DNA of 33,059 nt from an uncultured Thermococci archaeon (GTDB taxonomy: Archaea > Methanobacteriota_B > Thermococci > Thermococcales > Thermococcaceae). The notes below the pieces were generated by a model. The model was not told where the DNA came from. It was given only the letters and a program-made list of their open reading frames with translations, and ran no database searches. Below are positions 29,089 through 33,059 of the stretch, piece by piece. Every line of letters begins with the position of its first letter. Positions within the stretch are counted from its first letter, which is position 1. A program made the position numbers and the translations under genes. Location of the stretch: assembly GCA_964615185.1 (NCBI GenBank), contig CAZTOS010000018.1, forward strand, positions 1 through 33,059. Reading direction: 5' to 3'.

Positions 29089-29800
29089 GTGAATGAGATA
29101 TTGCCTCCTGATATTCGAAAAACGGAGGAGAAAGATATTGATGAATATCTTTCGGAGGGATTTAATTTAATAATAACAAATCCCAAGATTCTAATTCCCT
29201 TTACTGTGCCTCTCGTTGTTAGTATTTTTTATGGGGTATATCTTCTTGAAAACCTTTTCAGGGGGAGGATTTTTGCTTTTTCTATGATTTCAGAAATTTC
29301 TCAGCTAACTTGGAGACAGTTTTTGATGATTTCAGCTTTCACAGTTACAGTGATTGTTGTATTCATGTTGTGGGGGGGTTGAAGTAGTTGCATATTTCGT
29401 TGTAAAGAAGCGGGACGTATCGGATGCTATGAGATACGGGATAAAACGTTTGCCGATAACCTTCGTGAATTATACCGTATTATTAGCAATTATCTTTGCT
29501 TTCTTTGCTCCTATTGTGGTTGTACGCTCTCTATGGTTTGTTCTCCTCTACAGCTTTTTGGTTGCCATTTTGGTTTCCCCTCTGATTTTTCTCCTATCAC
29601 CGGTGATAGTCGAGAAAACTTTTGGAGTAGTTGATGCCTTTGTACTCTATAAACGTACCTTCAAAAAGAGTCTGATTCTTGGGCTTCTTTACTCTCTTGT
29701 CTCATCTGCAGTTAGCTCTTTAATTCCAGTAATTGGAGGAGCGTTAAATACAATCATTGTTGTCCCGGGATTTATTGCTGTACTCTCTCCTGTACACTGA
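29089..29800 (+). pseudogene. Multi-pass membrane protein split by a frameshift
   Basis: Two overlapping hydrophobic ORFs (29089-29382, 29354-29800) fuse if the G7 run at 29372-29378 is G6; probable second shift at CTCTCTC 29783-29789. Confidence 0.8.
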
Positions 29801-29819
29801 CTATAAGGAAACTAAGGAA

Positions 29820-30293
29820 TTAAAATTTCTTCCTTCTCTTTGATAAAGCTAAATGCTGGCTTCCTTGGTAGTTCCCCCTATATGGCTTTGATGCTGGTTC
29901 TTCCAAGCGATGAAATACTATTTGGACAAATCTCTCGCCGTATTCAAGTTCAATTTCTTCGTTTGAGCCGTTAAAAATTCCCAGAGTCAAATTGCCATCC
30001 CAACCTGGATCTACCCACGCAAAGCTTCCAATGAGGCCTTCTCGTGCTAATGAGCTTCTCAGCCTCATCTCACCCATAACATCATCTGGTAGCTTAATCC
30101 TCTCAAGGGTCAGAATTAGGGCATATCCTTTAGGTGGGATAACCACTTTCCCTTCTCTCTTAACATCAATGAGCTTTTCGTTGACCATGGCTTCCTTGCC
30201 AACTCTCAGATCATATCCTGCAGGCTGAAGGGATTTTTCACTGAATGGTTCGATTAAAATTTCCTTCACAATTTTATGGTCTGGCAGTATCAT
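29820..30293 (-). CDS. dUTPase of the dCTP deaminase/dUTPase family (often annotated dcd)
   Basis: LQPAGYDLRVG, RSSLAREG, WVDPGWDGNLTL, YRGNYQG; closely resembles the Pyrococcus dUTPase and lacks the TLE glutamate of deaminases. Confidence 0.93.
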   Translation of the reverse strand: MILPDHKIVKEILIEPFSEKSLQPAGYDLRVGKEAMVNEKLIDVKREGKVVIPPKGYALILTLERIKLPDDVMGEMRLRSSLAREGLIGSFAWVDPGWDGNLTLGIFNGSNEEIELEYGERFVQIVFHRLEEPASKPYRGNYQGSQHLALSKRRKKF

Positions 30294-30340
30294 TTAATCA
30301 CCGTAAGCTTTATGTAAAGCGCAAATTAAAATCTTTCTGG

Positions 30341-30416
<76 letters not shown>

Positions 30417-30754
30417 ACTTAGTTGTAATTTTTAAATTAGGTGGTTTTCCTTGAACAGTGTTTACATGCCTTGATTACACTTGTTTTAGCACTCCCTATT
30501 CAAATTTAATCTCGTGCTTTGTAATGTCAATAGTTCTCATGAGTCTTTCGGATTGATATGAGCTACATCAGATGTCCCCATACATATCTCCGTATCTGAA
30601 TAGAAGCCACTACCCAGGTGGTGCCTTATATTTCGCTGATTGTCTATATATCGGGGTATATCAAACCCAGCATATCTAAAAATTTTCAGTTGAGGATTTA
30701 CATGTGATATATTAGCGTACAGCTGATTAAAAGCCATGAGATTGCTTTATTCAC

Positions 30755-30769
30755 CGAAAGGTTTATATA
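30755..30769 (+). promoter_or_regulatory. Consensus BRE/TATA promoter of the histone gene
   Basis: CGAAAGG-TTTATATA; RBS GGAGGTG before ATG 30820. Confidence 0.8.
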
Positions 30770-30819
30770 TCTTTAAATGCAAAAAAAATATTGAAGAACC
30801 CTTTAAGGAGGTGTTGTAA

Positions 30820-31023
30820 ATGGCTGAGTTGCCAATTGCCCCAATTGACAGACTGATTAGGAAGGCTGGTGCTGAGAGAGTTAGTGAGGAAGCGGCCAAG
30901 GTTCTCGCCGAGTACCTTGAGGAGTACGCAATTGAGCTTTCAAAGAAGGCTGTTGAGTTTGCCAGACACGCTGGCAGAAAGACAGTCAAGGCCGAGGACA
31001 TTAAGCTCGCTATTAAGGCTTGA
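30820..31023 (+). CDS. hpkA: Archaeal histone (histone A type)
   Basis: [21 protein letters not shown]...[15 protein letters not shown], 67 aa. The A versus B assignment rests on recalled sequence and synteny. Confidence 0.95.
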   Translation: MAELPIAPIDRLIRKAGAERVSEEAAKVLAEYLEEYAIELSKKAVEFARHAGRKTVKAEDIKLAIKA

Positions 31024-31103
31024 TGTTATTGTCTGGTTTGCTTCTCGGCTTTTCTATTTTGATTTTGAGCAATTTTTAAAAGCTTATTCTGAAAGTTTAT
31101 ACC

Positions 31104-32378
31104 ATGCATGAAATAGCAGTTCGTATGACAAAAAGGAATCATAATGCGTTTGTTCATCTTCTTGGCGCATTGGAGGCTCAAGGATTTGATATTAGTGAGC
31201 TTTTAATAACCAAGGACTTTAATGAGATCCTTAAAGTCAAACCTAAAGTTGTTCTATACTCATTCTTCACTGAGGAAATCTGGGAAGTTGAGAAAGAGGT
31301 TAAAATCCTAAGAGAGAAATTTAATCCTCTCTTAGTTGCTGGTGGTTATCATGCCACTGCAATGCCAAAGCACACTTTGAATGTTTTGGGCTTTGATATT
31401 GCTGTAATTGGAGAGGGGGAAGAGGTTATCTATCAGCTTCTGACAACCCTAAAACGAACCAAATTTAAAATTACAAAGGAGCTATTGTCTATTCGCGGTC
31501 TGGCGTTCTATTTGAATAGAGAATTTGTGTTTACGGGCTTTGCTAAAGTTGATGACTTTGCTAAATTTCCTCCTTTTGCAGAGAGTTCTCTTTTAATTGC
31601 ACCCATTGAGATAACAAGAGGCTGTCCTTTTGGTTGCTACTACTGCCAGACACCTTACGTCAAAGGTTTTCGCATGAGGCACAGGCCGATAGATCAGATT
31701 GTGAAGTATTCAAGAAGAATGAAGGATATGCGTTACATCACTCCAAACGCCTTTGCCTACGGAAGTCCAGGAGCAATTTTAAAACTTGATAAACTTGAAG
31801 CCCTCCTAAAAGCTTTACAACCGTTAAGAAAAGAAGGGCGGCGCTTGTTTTACGGAACGTTTCCGAGTGAAGTGAGACCAGAATTTGTAAAACCCGAGAC
31901 TCTTGAGCTTCTCATCAAATATGCAGATAACAGGAGACTCGCCATTGGAGCACAGAGCGGAGATGATGCCATGCTTAAGGCTATGCACCGTTTACATACA
32001 GTTTGCCATGTGAAGGAAGCCGTTGAATATATGGTTGAATACGGTATTGAGCCGGTTGTCGATTTCATTGTCGGCTTGCCAAATGAAAGCGAAGAGAGCC
32101 AAAGAAAAAGCATTGAACTAATGAAGTGGATTATGCGTAAGGGTGGAAAAGTTAGAGCGCACTATTTCATGCCCCTACCAGGAACTCCTTGGGCTAAGTG
32201 TAAGCCTTCACCATTAAGCGAGGAGATGAAAAAATTTTTGGGCAGGATGGCCGCTAAAGGCTACATTGAAGGAGCATGGGGCATTCAGATGCAGCTTTCC
32301 AAAAAATTGCAAAGATTGATTGAGGAGTTTTATGAAGAACCTATGAGTTACGTTGGAGATATTGAGGAGGTTTGCTGA
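31104..32378 (+). CDS. B12-binding domain/radical SAM protein
   Basis: VAGGYHAT, IGEGE, TRGCPFGCYYC, FPSEVRPE, FMPLPGTP. Confidence 0.93.
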   Translation: MHEIAVRMTKRNHNAFVHLLGALEAQGFDISELLITKDFNEILKVKPKVVLYSFFTEEIWEVEKEVKILREKFNPLLVAGGYHATAMPKHTLNVLGFDIAVIGEGEEVIYQLLTTLKRTKFKITKELLSIRGLAFYLNREFVFTGFAKVDDFAKFPPFAESSLLIAPIEITRGCPFGCYYCQTPYVKGFRMRHRPIDQIVKYSRRMKDMRYITPNAFAYGSPGAILKLDKLEALLKALQPLRKEGRRLFYGTFPSEVRPEFVKPETLELLIKYADNRRLAIGAQSGDDAMLKAMHRLHTVCHVKEAVEYMVEYGIEPVVDFIVGLPNESEESQRKSIELMKWIMRKGGKVRAHYFMPLPGTPWAKCKPSPLSEEMKKFLGRMAAKGYIEGAWGIQMQLSKKLQRLIEEFYEEPMSYVGDIEEVC

Positions 32379-32456
32379 GTAAAATTATCATATTTATGTC
32401 AATTCTCTTCCCAAAAATTTATAACCTCATAAACTTCTCATCAACACGACGGCAAA

Positions 32457-32834
32457 ATGTATGCCGAAAACTATAAAAGATTCGAACTGCTGATAGATAA
32501 ATTGCGAGAGTTTGATGGTGCTATCATTGTGGAAGGTTTGCGAGACGAGGTGGCTTTAAGGAAATTGGGGGTCAGAGCGGAGGTAATAAGGCTCTCACGA
32601 TTACCACTCTCAGAAGTGGCTTTAATTGCTTCACAGTATCATGAGGTCATGATATTAACTGATTTGGACAGAAAAGGTGAAGAGTTGGCAAAAAAGCTGA
32701 CTCAATATTTGGAGGGCTATAAGTGCAGGGTAGATACAGAGACGAGAAGGGAGCTCAAAATGATTGCAAAAAAGGACATTAAGGGCATTGAAGATCTGTA
32801 TGGGCTCTATACTAAAATCACTCTCCGTTTCTGA
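32457..32834 (+). CDS. Small TOPRIM-domain protein
   Basis: IIVEG..D and [18 protein letters not shown] motifs. Confidence 0.93.
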   Translation: MYAENYKRFELLIDKLREFDGAIIVEGLRDEVALRKLGVRAEVIRLSRLPLSEVALIASQYHEVMILTDLDRKGEELAKKLTQYLEGYKCRVDTETRRELKMIAKKDIKGIEDLYGLYTKITLRF

Positions 32835-32856
32835 CCCCCTTAAGGAGGGGATTTCC

Positions 32857-33059
32857 TTGAAGAGAAAGAGGACAGTACTTCAACATATTTTGTCGGAAAA
32901 GCAAAAGTTTGAAAAAAAGAGGGTAGGTGGGAACATGTCAGCAAAAGATGATTTTGGAACGACTAAATATGTGATCTACGCTGAATTTGAAGCAAACGGT
33001 GTTGTTGAAAGACCTGATGTTGTTGGTGCTATTTTTGGTCAAACCGAAGGTTTACTTGG
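32857..33059 (+). CDS. dnaG: Bacterial-type DNA primase DnaG (archaeal exosome-associated), 5' part, truncated by the window end
   Basis: Not in the ORF track. From ATG 32935 it reads [41 protein letters not shown]; an in-frame TTG at 32857 with its own RBS adds 26 residues. Confidence 0.95.
   Translation, partial: MKRKRTVLQHILSEKQKFEKKRVGGNMSAKDDFGTTKYVIYAEFEANGVVERPDVVGAIFGQTEGLL

Overview
A 33 kb chromosomal window from a Thermococcales archaeon, most likely Thermococcus (the species cannot be fixed from sequence alone). It is mostly core genome in three blocks. (1) The proteasome/exosome superoperon: Pop5, psmA, SBDS, rrp4/41/42, rpl37ae, rpoP, Brix, Pcc1, prefoldin beta, DUF3194, DHH. 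(2) An RNA-processing cluster: tRNA-binding OB-fold protein, a box C/D sRNA missing from the ORF track, a Pab1020-type RNA ligase and HARP. (3) The ftsZ-secE-spt5-rpl11-rpl1-rplP0-rpl12 cluster followed by dUTPase, tRNA-Arg(TCG), a histone, a radical SAM gene, a TOPRIM gene and the start of dnaG. Accessory material sits between these: an AT-rich secreted/membrane-anchored gene pair, an antisense coiled-coil pair, an MNT-HEPN module with a doubly disrupted HEPN gene, a frameshifted membrane-protein pseudogene, and a TAXI-TRAP transporter next to a long KamA-family radical SAM enzyme. The best candidate for an undescribed system is the last one. The aminomutase has Lys and Asn where lysine 2,3-aminomutase has its two lysine-binding Asp residues, which points to a glutamate 2,3-aminomutase. 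Its promoter also shares a TTTAC-N6-GTAAA palindrome and TATA context with the TAXI promoter, suggesting a co-regulated glutamate-uptake/beta-glutamate module. No CRISPR array, transposase, integrase or rRNA was seen. All family calls come from motif recognition by eye; no searches were run.
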